In this document: piece by piece, positions 29,671-43,810 of the stretch
Layout of the letters: the number at the start of each line of letters is the position of its first letter
How positions within the stretch are numbered: the stretch's first letter is position 1
Source of the DNA: the human T2T-CHM13v2.0 reference genome, Homo sapiens
Assembly: GCF_009914755.1 (NCBI RefSeq)
Contig: NC_060929.1
Strand: one strand, 5' to 3'
DNA: 64,000 bases
Translations under genes and position numbers: made by a program
Notes under the pieces: generated by a model
Seen by the model: only the letters and a program-made list of their open reading frames with translations
What the model was told of the DNA's origin: nothing
The model's database searches: none

Positions 29671-30099
29671 GAGAGAGAGACAAAGAGAGGGAAACAGAGA
29701 GGAAGAGACAGAGAGAGAAATTAAAACAAAATAGCACTTATATAGGAAGAATATTCTCCAGAGGGAAGAGACATGCAGTTTATAATGTCATGCACTTAAT
29801 TAATTGTAGTGCAAACCACTCTCATTAGGAGTCCATTGTAAGCCTACCAGCTTCAACAGTCAAAAGGGAATAATTGCAATGAAGCCCAGTCCTTGTCTCC
29901 TTATTGAGAGCTTTAAAAACTTTGCCACGGACATCTCAAGAGACTCTTCTCTTCACTACCCTCCTTTTGTTATCTTTTTATGTAAAAAAATAATGCATTA
30001 AAATAAAATTCAATCTTCCCCTTTGGTTTTTCCTTACTAACTTTACTACTAATTTTACACCTAAACTTCTAGCAAAGTCAGGGCACTTTCTGTACTTTA

Positions 30100-30612
30100 G
30101 TTTCTAGAGTGATCAAGGGCTGTGATTTGCAAACAATAGAAATGATGGATTGACATAAGCAGGAAAAGGAATCCATCAAAAGAATATAGGATAGAACTCA
30201 GAATAAACAGGGAGCTTGAAGAAGCAGACTTGAGCAGAATCCAGTGAAGATAATAAGCAGCTGGGAGGCTGGATCAGTCTGCCTGGGACCCTATTCCTCA
30301 CCTGCTGGGCACACACTGCTCTTCGCCACACTGTCAGCAGCTACAACAGATGCCACTGGCCCTTCCACTCGATAGTGGCATATGTGATGGTCTGAGCCAT
30401 CCCCTCAAGATTCAAAGTCCTGGCTAGGAACATCAGATTGACTACATTGAGGTTATAGACCCTCCCTCTGTCTGCCAGAGGGGCATGCAGAGGGAATGCA
30501 TATTCCTACTCCCCTAGTGGAAGGCTAGGTCCTTTCTCTCACCTATTCTGAAACTCCCCCAAAACAGAAGAGGATTGGATACTGAGTAGCCCAGTATCTA
30601 CCCAGTTGTCTA
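30100..30612. mobile_element. Old MaLR LTR (MLT1L/N-like)
   Basis: 'tgcaaacaatagaaa..taagcaggaaaaggaat' and 'attcaaagtcctgg..catcagattg' resemble ancient MLT1 elements. Confidence 0.45.
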
Positions 30613-30799
30613 CCCTAAGACCTTACCTCTCTTGAGTTCTCATCCCCCCAGCTATCCCAAGGACTGTGTTTCCTAAATTTCCAAGCAATATAGGTGACAA
30701 TAATATAAGTCTAAAAAAATAAAATAAGGGACAAAGGATCCGGCTTGTCAGCCAAATGAGTTGATCAAACCTAGGTCGCTCACAAAGAAGGTAAAAACT

Positions 30800-31262
30800 G
30801 AAACCAAAATACTTTTCTGTCCCAGTGCTAAACAATTTGGAGTCAAAGTTTAAATGCCTGTTTTAATGCTGAGCACATGGAGACCAAGCAAAAATAACTT
30901 AGGTACTTGCTCCAGGAAATGTTTGCTTTTGGAAAATAAGGCTGTAAATGGCCTGAACCAGCTTATTCAATAAGACTAACAGTTCACTTATCAAGGTTCA
31001 CTTTGAGAACCTCACTGCTCTTAGAGACCCCACTAATCCAGAACTGCTAGGCTCTAAATTCTGCCTAATGCCAGCCATTTTTCCACCTTGCAAGATCAGG
31101 CTCCCAGACCTGGCTATAAAACTCTACAAATATCTTCCCTTTACTTCCCCTTTCCAAAATACTACTAATTTTAAAGGTGATGTCCTCCCTTATTTCACTG
31201 AGATGAATACTTAGTTTCACTTGGTTCTGCTGGTGATCTTTTTTGGGGAGTCGGTCACCAAC
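30800..31262 (+). mobile_element. Probable solo LTR, family unassigned
   Basis: LTR-like layout with a TATA-like 'ctataaaa' at ~31113 and a CA terminus; not matched to a consensus. Confidence 0.3.
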
Positions 31263-33239
31263 AGAGGAATGGTTATACAAAGTGATCTGGAGAATTCTGA
31301 AAGGCCCAAGTATCCCTACCTCCCACCATAGTTGCCAAAACTTCCTATTGGATTGCCTGTGAAAAACAAAAGTTCATGAATTTTTAAAATCTACATATAA
31401 AATATTCCCAGTACCTCAAACTGTGTCTGTCATATACTAAGACACAATAGATGAATTTGTATGAATGAAATTGTAAATAAATAATAAATTTTAATGTAAT
31501 TTTATTGATTGGATAAACACTTATTTTCATTAATAGAAATCAATGTGAGAAAAATAAAAAACCACAATTTTGTAAATCAAAAAATTCAAATTATTTTCAC
31601 ATTGTTTTCCAGTTCTCAGCCACATGCAGGCATATATTTTGCAGTGTTTTAACTTTAACCTGGATATACTTGTATATTTTGCTTTTCTCCTCAAAACATT
31701 CTAAATACTTCCATGTTACCATATACTTATCATAATAATCATTTTAATGACTATATCATGATCCATAAGTATACATTTTCACTGTCATTCATTCACTGTT
31801 TTGCCAACTGCAAAGGATGCTTTGACATATAGAGTTTTATAGAAACACTCTCATCTCAGTTTTTTTCAGTGGATATTGAACAGAACATACCAGAATTTAT
31901 AAGCCAAAATAAGAAGATATGAGTCTTGGTCTTTATTTGTTGCAGATAATCCTCTGAAAATCAATTAACCTTGACATTTCTTCTTAAGACAAATGAAGGC
32001 TCCTCTGCTTGGGTCTCCTCCACTGAGTTTAATTAAAACCCTTTGCTAAGGCACTGTGTACATATGATATACTCTACAGTTGCCAAATTCTAGTCACAGA
32101 TACTGTTTCAAACAGTGTAAATTAAACAAACAAACAAAAAAATGACCCAGACAAGGTCACCAAAGAGAAGAGAATAAAAAAATTGTGTGCACATATGTAT
32201 TACATCAAGGATCTTGGTTCCAGGTCTCAATCATACAACTCTATCAAATAGCCTTAAATAAAAATTAGCATGATCATAGGTTGCTATGACTTAAAGTCTG
32301 CAAATAATATGTTACATCCAAGCTAAGGGCAAAACCGTATGCACGTGCCTTTCTGTTGTTTCACTAAGGTCACAACAGTAACCCCGTTTACAGACGAATG
32401 TTTTCTACAAATAGAATTTTTCCACATTGAATTCAATTTTATTCTTTATTTTATTGCTAAAATTGGCAGCATGATGAACTGGAATAATGCTTGAATGCCA
32501 GAAATAGTATTTAAGAATATATAAGAAAGCAATAGTGTTTAATTCAATTATTATTTCTAAGAACTAAAATTCTCAAAAGCAAACTCAAATGCTAATTCAA
32601 AATACCTAAGATGTTATTATTGCTGGCAAAATATTAGAGTTAGATATAAAAATTATTTAAAATAAACTAATACTTTGAAAATGATAATTCATATTTTTTA
32701 AAAAATCAGATCCTTCTCCATACTCCAGAGACTGTAATAAATCTGGGAAACAGCTGAGTAATCTGGAAGATGCAGAAGTACTGAAACACCAGAAGCTCCT
32801 ATTCTCCAATAGATGCTGAAATGTACTAGGAACCCAAGGACACCATTGCAGACCTACTTACTGGGACTAGGACAAACGTTATGGTCTTTCCAAAAGACCT
32901 ACTAGCTATGCTCAACTTCTTGTTCCCTGGTTTAACACCCATCAGTCAGAGGACAGGTGGACCAATTATTGAAAATATTTTGGAATGCTGTTTCATAATC
33001 ATATCTCAGACAACTACCTGATACAGAGCTTCTTCCTCTCCCTGTGTTCTTTCAACTTCTTATCCCCATGTTGCACTGTGATTTCTCTCCCCTGTCTATC
33101 CTCCCATTCTCATTCTTTCCATATTATTCAATCAGTTTCTCTGGATCCCTTTTCCCATGGCAAACAGACTTCACTTCATCCTCAGCCTTGCCACCAAAAA
33201 GTCATCCCAGATCCTAACCTCTCTCAAATTTGACTCTTC

Positions 33240-34430
33240 GCTAAAGATGTCACTTCCCTGTGGTGGATTCAGGGTAAGGTACTCTGGTTCTCAATGCCCT
33301 CTCTGGGTCCCAAGATGAAATGGGTGCTCTCCTGGTTACTCACTTTTACTTACTCCTCCACCTTCTTGTAAAAACTTCTCGTTTGACATCTATGCCAATC
33401 AACTCTACTTCCTTGTCTCTGACTTCTGCCAGTCCCTTTGGTCAGTTTCTCATTCACTGAAAACTGCCCACCTTTTTGTCATCTTGACAGCTTGAATCCT
33501 GCTGCAGTCCTGGGTGACTTTGATGTTGATGTGGAGGCATCACCTCATGCCCCGATCTCTCAGTTCCTCAGCTACATCTTTTCCAAGGCAGTCACCCTCT
33601 TCCCTGACATCCTTCTATGTCTTGAACATACCTTAAATTACCTCTAGCACTTACATCTTAAAGTTCATTCTGTCCTCCAAATATGATCTATCTTTTGTTT
33701 GCTCAGTTATTCTAATTCACCTGTTTGACATCATAGAGATTTCTAGAGACCTTGAATACTTTCTATATCAGTATCTTCTTATATTCACTCATTTCCATAA
33801 CCAGCTAAGTTGCCACAATTCATCATTTCTATCACTTTCTTTCAAATACCTTCAAATCCCTTGCCCTATTTTTCTTATATTGCACCTGCTTTCCAATTTT
33901 GGAATAATCCAACTGTTTGCCTTTTCAGTGTTTATATCATAGCTGCTTAGCATACTGGAAAATATTACAAAACCTCACATATTGGTTACATGAAAAGTTA
34001 ATGGTAAGTTTTATCAACTGTACCTTCAATTGGCATTCTGGTCTAGCCATGTTTTAGCAGTTTTTATTTAGCTAAGTGCAGACACTCTACTTTAATCTCA
34101 TCCCTGGACTTTGACCTGCTGTTCTCTCTTCCTGGAACCATCTTATTTTGGTCTCAGGTTAGGTGTTAGTTCCTCACAAGCCAAAGTGAGTTTGCTCCCC
34201 AGTGAGATTTCATATTTCTCCATTTGTCTGCAGTCATATTTGTACATTATATGAAACAAACAAGATTATAGTGGTCTATTTTCTTGCACGTGCCCTACTT
34301 GATTCAATCCCCTGTGAAAGAAAAGGCTGTGTTTTGTCTTGTTGAGCCTTGGGTCGCCAGTGCATACCTCAGTATACAGCAAATATCAGACTCTCACTAT
34401 TTGTTGGTTGAATATAAAGTGAATACATTA
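33240..34430 (+). mobile_element. L2 fragments
   Basis: 'cctgggtgactttgatgtt..gtgga' (L2 endonuclease-like GDF) and L2 3' end 'ctcactatttgttggttgaat'. Confidence 0.55.
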
Positions 34431-34563
34431 ATATATGACTAATGCATGATTGAGGGGATCAGTATATTTACCAGAATCCCTTGCATGTATGATTTTATTG
34501 TTTTTAATTCTGTTTTGTAATATGTGTATAAATACAGGCATACTTGTTTTATTGTGCTTTGCT

Positions 34564-34959
34564 TGATATGGTTTGGGTATTTATACCCTCCAAATCTCAT
34601 GTTGAGATTTGATTCCCAATGTTGATGGTGGGCCTAGTGGGAGATGCTTGGGTCATGGGGTCAGAGCCCTCATAAATGGCTTGGTGCCCTCCCTGTGGTC
34701 ATGAGTTATTGTGAGATCTAATTGTTTAAAGAATATGGCACCTGCCCCCTCTCTTATTCCCTCTCTTGTCATCTGACAAAGCTGCTCCCCCTTCACCTTC
34801 TGCCATGAATAAAAGCTTCTTGAAGCCTCACAAAAGCCAAGCAGATGCTGCTGCCATGCCCAGACACCCTGCTAAACAATGAGCCAAATAAATCTCTTTT
34901 CTTTGTAAATTAGCCAGTCACACGTATTCCTTTATAGCCATGCAAAACAGACTAACACA
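34564..34959 (+). mobile_element. MSTA/MSTB LTR nested in Tigger1
   Basis: TG...CA ends, 'ccaaatctcatgttga', perfect TSD ttgct. Confidence 0.88.
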
Positions 34960-35804
34960 TTGCTTTATCACACTTCACAATATTGTGCTTTTACCAATTG
35001 AATATTGTGGCAATGCTGCATCAAGCAAGTCTATTGGCACCATTTTTTCCAATAACATGTACTCACTTTGTGTTTCTATGTCATATTTTGGTATTCTCAG
35101 AATATTATGAACTTTTTCATTATTATTATATCTGCTAGGGTGATCTGTGATCAGTGGTCTTGGATGTTACTATTTTAATTTTTGGGGTGCCACAAACCAT
35201 GCCCATGTAAGACAGTAAACTTAATGGATTAATGTTGCATGTATTCTCACTGCTTCACTGACTGGTCATTCCCCAATTTCTCTCTTTTCCTCAGGTCTCC
35301 CTATTCCCTGACACACAATAATATTGAAATTAGGCCAATTAATAACCTTACAATGGCCTATAAGTGTTCAAGTGAAAGGAAGAGTTACAGGTCTCTCGCA
35401 TTAAGTCAAAAGCTAGACATAATAAGGCTTAGTGAGGAAGACATGTCAAAAGCCAAGACAGGCTGAAAGCCAGGCCTTTTGTACCAGTTAGCCAAGTTGT
35501 GAATACAAAGAAAAAGCTTTTGAAGGAAATTAAAAGTACTACTCTGGTGAACACAGAAATGACAAGAAAGCCAAACAGCCTTATTGATAATGTGGAGAAA
35601 ACTTCAGTGGTCTGGATAGAAGATCAAACCAGCCGCAACATTCCCTTAAGCCAAAGCCTAATCCCAAACAAGGCCCTAACTCTCTTTAATTCAATGAAGT
35701 CTGAGAGAGTTAAGGACTGCAGACGAAAAGTTGGATGCCAGCAGAGGGTGGTTCATGATGTTTAAAGAAAAGAAGCCATCTCCAATACATAAAAGTACAG
35801 GGTG

Positions 35805-35873
35805 CACAAGCTACCCATTTAACAAAGCTGCATAAATACCCTCTGAACCTAAAATAAAAGCTGGAAAAAAAAA
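35805..35873 (+). mobile_element. ~70-bp L1PB 3' tip nested in the Tigger1 transposase
   Basis: 'tacccatttaacaaagctgc..tgaacctaaaataaaagctggaaaaaaaaa' interrupts Tigger1 'ataaaagtgcaaggtgaagcagc' with a degenerate TSD. Confidence 0.7.
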
Positions 35874-37708
35874 GGAGTGTGAAGTGAAGCAGCAAGTGCT
35901 GATGTATAAACTGTGACAAGTTATCCAGAAAGTCTAACTAAGATCAATGATGAAGGCACTACACTAAACAACAGATTTTCAGTGGAGACAAAATAGCCTT
36001 CTATTGGGAGAAGATACCATCTACAACTTTCATAGCTAGAGAGGAAAAGTCAATGCCTGGCTTCAAAGCTTCAAAGGAAAATCTGACTCTCCTGGTAGGA
36101 GCTAATGCAGATGGTAACTTTAAGTTGAAGACAATGTTCATTTAATATTCCAATAATTCTAGGGCCTTTGAGAATTGTGCTAAATCTACTTTGCCTGTGC
36201 TTTATAAATAAAAAAATAAGGACTGGATGACAGTGTATCTGTTTACAGCATGGTTTACTAAATATTTTGAGCCCACTGTTGAGACATACTGCTCAGAAAA
36301 AAAGATTCTTTTCAAAATATGACTGTTCATTGACAATGCACCTAGTCACTCAAGAGCTTTGCTGGAGATGCACAAGGAGGTTAATGTTATCATGCCTGCT
36401 ACCACAACATTCATTCTGAAGCCCATGTTCCAAGGAGTCATTTCAACTTTTAAGCCTTATTATTTAAGAAATACATTTCATAGGGCTATCGCTATGATAG
36501 ACACTTATTTCTCTGATGGATCAGGGCAAAGTAAGTCGAAAACTTTCTGGACAGGATTCACCATTCTAGATGCCATTAAGAATATTTGTGATCCATAGGC
36601 ATAGGTCAAAATATCAACATTAACAAGAGTTTGGAAGAAATTGATTCCAACCCTCATGGATGACTCTGAGGGGTTCAAGTGGAGAAAGTAACTGCAGATG
36701 TGCTGGAAATTGCAAGAGAACTAGAATTAGAAATGGAACCTGAAGTTGTAATGAAATTACTGCAATCTTATGATAAAACTTGAAAGAATGAGGAGTTGTT
36801 TCTTGGATGAAGCAAAGAAAATGGTTTCTTGAGACAGAATCTACTTCTGGTAAAGATGCTGTGAACATTGTTGAAATGGCAACAAAGGATTTAAAATATT
36901 ATATAAACTTAGTAGATAAACCAGCAGCAGCGTTTAAGAGGATTGACTCCAATTTTGAAAGAAGTTCTACTATGGGTAAAATGCTGTCAAACACCATTGC
37001 ATGCTACAGAGAAATTGTTCATGAAAGGAGGAATCAATGGATGTGGCAATTTTCACTGTAGTGTTATTCTAAGAAATTGTCACAGCCACCCCAATCTTCA
37101 GCAACCACCACCTTGATCAGTCAGCAGTCATGAACATTGAGGCAAGACTCTCCACCAGCAAAATGTTTCTGACTTGCTGAAGGCTCTAATGGTTGTTAGC
37201 ATTTTTTTTTTTAGCAATTAAGTATTTCTTACTTAAGGTATGTACATTGTTTTCTTAGAGACAATGCTATTACACACTACAATATAGTGTAAACATAAGT
37301 TTTATATGCACTGGAAAGCCAAAAAGTATGTGTGACTTGCTTTATTGTGATATTTGCTTTATTGCAGTGGCCTGGATCTGAACCCACAATATCTCCGAGG
37401 TATGTCTGGTATATACCTTCAAGAAATAAAGTTAGTCTGAATTAAATAATGTTGGAGAAATAAGAAAGCCAAAATCACATGTTAACTGAGACACAGAAGA
37501 GTTAGTAGAGGAGTAAAGAGGGAGACCACCCTTGAAATATGTGATCAAAAGCTGGGAAAGTTCTAGAAAGTGAATGGTAAAGAAGTATAGTATTTATGTA
37601 TTATAAACTTTATATTCTAAATATTATTTATATATTATAAATTACATATTTAAAAAACTTAAGTATTCTAAAGTTTTTAATATCTATATCTAGCTTTCAC
37701 ACAGCAAG

Positions 37709-37710
<2 letters not shown>

Positions 37711-37746
<36 letters not shown>
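37711..37746. repeat. (GT)18 microsatellite
   Basis: Direct reading. Confidence 0.97.
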
Positions 37747-37748
<2 letters not shown>

Positions 37749-39272
37749 ATGATAACATTTAGCACTAATCACAACTGTTTAGGAATTACGTCATGGTAAA
37801 ATTCAGAACCCCCTGAGAAAAAGCCCTCCTGGGAATGTGGACAAAGGTCTCACTTTAACGAAGCTCAGAGCCACGAACTTCAGTGTAAATGATGCTAATC
37901 TATTAAACAAAGTTGACCCATCATCCAGATATGTTGCATACATGACTTCAAACAACATAACTAAATAGCATTTATTTTTGTTGAATTCCTCAGATTTGAA
38001 ATAATCTAAAAGTGCCCGGCTCCATCTACTTCCTTTCAACTGGAGGGCAGATTCTAAATGAATGAGAGAAATGGGATGAAAAATAATATGGAAATTCTAA
38101 GTTCTAGAAAGAATTCTAAGTACGTAGAATTTTTTTTTGGTTGGGGGGAAGTGTGTTTAACCCAAGAAGTGATATATTTTTTCTATAGTTTTTTTCTATA
38201 TACAGATTTTTTAAAAGAAAACTTTTGCCATTTTGTAGTGCTCATTTGTAGAGAAAAAAAGTTTGATTACTTCATCCTTTAATGAATTTCAACTGAAAAT
38301 ATATTTTTCATTTTGGATTTCTCCAAGCAATGCACTCTGGTCATGTTAAGTTTGAATCAGTATTATACATTATGCAATACATAATAATTAAACAAATACA
38401 ATTTGGTCAGAATATTTTTACCTGCATTTTTTTCATAAACACAAATACTGTAAAACAGAATAAAAAGGCTTTTAAAGAATTATAAGCTCTCCTTAAACAC
38501 TTCAGTGATTCACAGTTCTGCATTACAGAAGGATGGTCAGCCAGGGCAGTGTTTGTTGCAAAGAAACTATCTATGGAGTGGAACAATTATTATTGAGTGA
38601 TGGAAATAATCAAAGGAAAGGGCTTTGTTGAGTTCTGCCTTGTGCTTAATATAGTATTGTGCCCTAGCACTTTTCACGGTAAAATAAATGCTTCCTTGGG
38701 TTTGCCTTAAAAAATATGGGATTCCCCAACCAATCTCTATTACTAAAACAAGTCATATTGGCACAAGAAAGTTTTGAAAATAGGGACTAGATGCTCTGAT
38801 GTTGGTGAACGCAAAAGTTGTCACCCTCTTTAGTGTTTTTAACAACGTGGGAGCCTGGTGAAATAGAAGCCTTTGATTTCTAAAGGTAAACCTTCCCCTG
38901 GTACATGCTGCTTTATTGACACACAGATATAAAGTAAAATACTGTGGTATAGTATCAGTCCATTCAGCATATCCTTAATGGGGACACCAGAATGTACTAC
39001 AATAATGAAAAGGTACTGTGATAACCTGAAAAAGACACTGGAGTTTAATCATGATCATATTATTTTGTAAATTGAAGGCATGGCAGATATAGCATAAACC
39101 TTTTAGAGAGTCTATGATAGGTGAGAAAAAAGTCAGCATTTTTACATTGCTTATTTTAGATTAGATTCAAGAATTGCCCTGATTCTGGAAATAAGATGAT
39201 TTTTATCCAGATATTTTAAAGTGCTCCATCACTCTTAGAATCTAATTTTAATCTTGAAAATCACAAATTTGG

Positions 39273-39554
39273 GGCCAGGCATGATGGCTCACGCCTGTAG
39301 TCCCAGCACTTTGGGAGGCTGAGGCAGGAAGATTTCATAAGGCCAGGAGTTTGAGAACAGCCTGGCCAACATGGCGAAACCCCATTTCTACTAAAAATAC
39401 AAAAATTAGCCTGGTGTGGTGGGACATGCCTGTCGTCTCAGCTACTTGGGAGGCTGAGGCAGGAGAATCACTTGAACCTGGGGGGCGGAGGTTGCAGTGA
39501 GCCGAGATCACGCCATTTCACTCCAGCCTGGGTGACACAGCAAGACTCCGTTTC

Positions 39555-39585
<31 letters not shown>
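39273..39585 (+). mobile_element. AluS SINE with (AAAAC)n tail
   Basis: Dimeric Alu; TSD aatcacaaattt. Confidence 0.93.
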
Positions 39586-39586
<1 letters not shown>

Positions 39587-40490
39587 AATCACAAATTTAC
39601 AAAGTTTAAAGCAAAGACAGATAAGATTAAATCAGAACAATGCTTTAAAATAAAAGGCTTGTGATATTTTGTGAGTATCCTGAGAAGTTTAGATAAACAC
39701 TACAATCATAAATTGCATGTAAATCAATCAAAACCAAAAGAATCCAATTTTGTCTGCTTAGTATGTATCTTCAAGATTATTGGAAGTATTGTTTCCCAAT
39801 TTTTGGCATTGATTACTTTTAAAATTTCATCTAGCTCAAGAATACTATATTTCTACAGAATGTTTCACAATCATGATTATGTGTTTTATTTTCAATTTTG
39901 GGAAGCTTTGCCTAGTGGGTTATAGATCTTCCATATAACATTCAATAAGAACTTAGATAAATCACTTAAAGCTTGAACATACATCAAACATGAAGGTACA
40001 GGCTTCATGGTAGACTGTGAAATACAATCTCTAGCTTTATAAACACCCTTATATCCAAATTATTTAAAATATGAAATGCCCATTAATACCTTCTTAAGTT
40101 TAAAAGGCCAAATTTGAAAGATCAGATGTGTCTGATCCAGCCTTCTGTTTTTCCTTTTTTATTTTCTGTTTGGATTTTGATTCAGGAATAAATTGCTGAA
40201 AACAATCTTTTTTTTAATGTTCTCTCTAACGTACTGTTTGTACTCAAAAGCACAAGATGAAGAGTGGTTAGTCAAAGAATCCAATGTCTAACTGGCATCT
40301 GTGACCAGTCCCTCTGTGAATAGCACACAAATCAAGGAAATATTTCTGGAAGATCCTTGTAAAATGAACCCTTATATGAATAAAGTAATTCTTCTCTCTC
40401 TGTTGGGTAGTTAAATTTATCCCCAAAAGTGACCATGTCTTCTTTTACATTCTTTTCATTTTCTTTTTTTATAGGACATAGTGATACGAA

Positions 40491-40505
40491 GGTACACAGT
40501 GTACT
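40491..40505. promoter_or_regulatory. Candidate steroid receptor (AR/GR/PR) response element
   Basis: GGTACAcagTGTACT fits RGNACAnnnTGTNCY; function untested. Confidence 0.35.
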
Positions 40506-41234
40506 TCTTCAGACAGGTAATAGGATACTAGGGATGAGAAAGTGTTTGTAACATTCTCCACCCACCCATATCCCTGAATATACATCTATCCAGAGGTGTG
40601 TCATCATGTCACAAGGGAATAAGTTGCTCTTGGCTCTCATTTTATTATAGCAGATGCAGCAATGAAATATAAGTAGAGAGTTTTATTGCTACCTCCCCCA
40701 CATTTTCTTCATTCCCATAACTTCCCACCTGTGAACTGGGAATGATTTCCACATGTGTGGCAAGCTAGACTCTCCTTAGATTGTCTAGGGGCACATGGAC
40801 CACATGTGGGAATGTAAGTCAGTGCCCAAGATAGGGCTGAAAGGAGATCCTAATTCCTCCTAAGGATTCTAAGCAGGAAACTATTTAGAAGTCAGCAAGG
40901 TTGTGGAAGAAGTGAAGCAGAAGTAGGGAGACCACCATTCTCATTCCAAACATAACTGAACAGCACTTGAAAGCAAGACATGTGTGCGGGAAGATGCCAG
41001 ATACAGACTTCTGAACAGAAATGTCACAAGTCCATAATAACTGTAACTTTCTGAAACAGGAGCCAATTTCTGATTGACTCCCAAATCTGCTAGAACATCC
41101 ATCTCTACCCCAAGAGTTATTTGTAGAGTATCTCTGAAGCCAATTCCAATAAGTAAACAAATATTAACAACAACAAACATTATTTGTTCTAATATTTTCC
41201 CAGCATAGGAGTTGTAGTTTTTGATGTTATATAT

Positions 41235-41440
41235 TAAGTATTCACAATATGTGAAAAATGGGGATAGGTAGTATACCATTAGAACAAACCCATGAAGTAG
41301 GTGCTCGCATTATTCCTACTTTTGCTTTTTTAAAATTAGGAACTTGGAGTGGTTAAGTACCTTCACAAGATGGTAGTAGGTGGGAGACAGGACTCAAATT
41401 CAGACCATCTATGTCCAGAGCCCCACTCTTGTCTACTCAC
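41235..41440 (-). mobile_element. MIR
   Basis: 'aacccatgaagtagg..ggttaagtaccttcacaag..ggactcaaattcagacc'. Confidence 0.6.
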
Positions 41441-41784
41441 TACCCGGCCATCAGCCACCATAAGCATGCTGTTGCTTCATTCTCAACTCTTCTCTGCCTG
41501 CCCTCTTAGTGCTTGGATGTCTTATTTGCCACCATCCAATATTCAAGGGACCAGCTGTCCTTGTCTCCAAGTGAAATTGCTCTGCAGGTTAAATGTCATT
41601 CTTGTTTTCCCCTTATTAAGGTGGGTCCACTTCTTGCCTTACAGTTTCCTCTCCCTGCTGCACACTTCCCTCATATTTCACAGGTCCCTAGGATTACCAA
41701 CATATTCAAAGTAAACATAAAGTAAAAATTCAAGACACTGTTTAGAACAAAATATTCACTTTATAATACACATGTCTAACAAAA

Positions 41785-42532
41785 TACTCATGTCTAGAAT
41801 ATACAAAGAGCCCTCAGAAATCAATAAGTAAAATAAAAACTGAACAAATGTCTGAATGGTCATAACACAAAGAAGATATCCAAATGTTCAATAAACACAT
41901 CAAAAGGTAAGCAATATTCCTACTCATCGGGGAAATGTAAATTAAAACCACAGTAGTATACCACTACACATTCACCAGAATGACCAAAATGAAAAAGACT
42001 GAAAATACTAAGTGTTGGTGAGAATGTAGAACAACTGTACCTACTACGTATTGCTGGTGGGAGGGTAAAAGAGTACAACACTTTAGAAAACTGTTGGGCA
42101 GTAATGAAAATAAATATTTGCCTCCTTATGACTCAGAAATGCTACTCCTGGGAATATACCCAAAAGAAATGAGTGCATATATTCACAAAAAGACTGGTAT
42201 AAGTGTACATAGCAGCTTCATTCATAATCCCCTCAAACTAGAAACAACCCAAAGGTTCATTAGTAAGAGAGTAAAAATAAATACATTATGCTATATTTAT
42301 GCAATAAAAACAAGCTGCTGAGATATACACAAACATGGATATTAAAAAAAAATTTCGACTAATAGAAGCCAGACACAACAAGTACATACAGTACAATTCC
42401 ATTTATGTGAAGTCCAAGAGGAGGCAAAATAACCTTTAGTGATCAGTTGAGAAATAGGATGGTGATTACATGACAGTATAAATACATAATAATTCAAGAT
42501 GTATAATGCATGTAAATTATACCTTAATAAAA
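41785..42532 (+). mobile_element. Old L1ME/MC 3' fragment
   Basis: 'ctcctgggaatatacccaaaagaaatgag', 'agcagcttcattcataat', ending 'aattataccttaataaa'. Confidence 0.8.
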
Positions 42533-43390
42533 AGATTTTATGAAAGGTAATAGATAGAAAATTATTTAGGAGGAAAATATGAAAAACTGACTTTCCAAAT
42601 TACTTCTATGCCACGTTCATAACATTTCAAGTCATTAATAGCTGTCTCTCTTACTTCGAGGAAGGTCAGTAAACAGCCATGAAGCCTGAATTCGCCTACC
42701 CTGTACAGAAAGTTAACTGGCAGATGAATTCAGGGTTATAGGCATCCCAGGTCTTAATAATTCTGTTTTCTGTTCATTTACAGTTTCTTAAGTTTGCTAA
42801 ATCACAGCATACACACAACCTAACAGTTTGGGCATACTCAAAAGAAATTGTTAAAAAGTGTACATTTGAACACATTCGCATTGCTTGGGAAAAAAAGTCA
42901 AAGTAGAAATATGGAAGTGTGAATAACTAAAAGTCCTTTTGAACTCAGTCTCTTGACCCAAGTACTTCATGAGGAAGCTAATAGCTGTCATCTACGACAC
43001 TTATTTCTGCACATCAAAGTTCTTTTTCAGAAACTAATGATTCTCAGGGCCATACTGTGGCTTTCTAAAGGGGTGGTACAAGTCTCTAGATCCACTGCCT
43101 GACACTTGACAAAGAAAGTATCTGGCATACTGATATGCCAGAAGAAAGAGCAAAAGGCTATGATGTTAAGAAAGAAAGGAAAATAAATCTGGAGGGCATG
43201 AAAAGTCGCCTTGACCATCAAAGATTTGCAATTGCTAAGGTATGGTCTCAGTATAGGTTGGCAATGGGACTTAAAGGCATACTAACCTTTAATAATGAGG
43301 CAATGGGCTGGAGACAACTCAGTTAAAATAGGCTAAATTTCCCATTAGCTCTTTCTGACAGCTGTAAAGGAATCTGGGGCTCCTGGTTAA

Positions 43391-43810
<420 letters not shown>

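Larger units (their letters stand above)
34535..37408 (+). mobile_element. Full-length Tigger1 (TcMar-Tigger) with a decayed transposase
   Basis: TIRs caggcatac.../...gtatgtctg; transposase fragments MAYKCSSERKS..., [34 protein letters not shown]; multiple stops and frameshifts. Confidence 0.93.

Noticed and set aside
35738-35751. CTCF-like CCAGCAGAGGGTGG (also weak matches at ~23835 and ~57301)
   Set aside because: Mismatches at key positions; cannot be supported without ChIP data
35239-37061. Domesticated TIGD1-like transposase gene
   Set aside because: Broken by many stops, frameshifts and an L1 insertion
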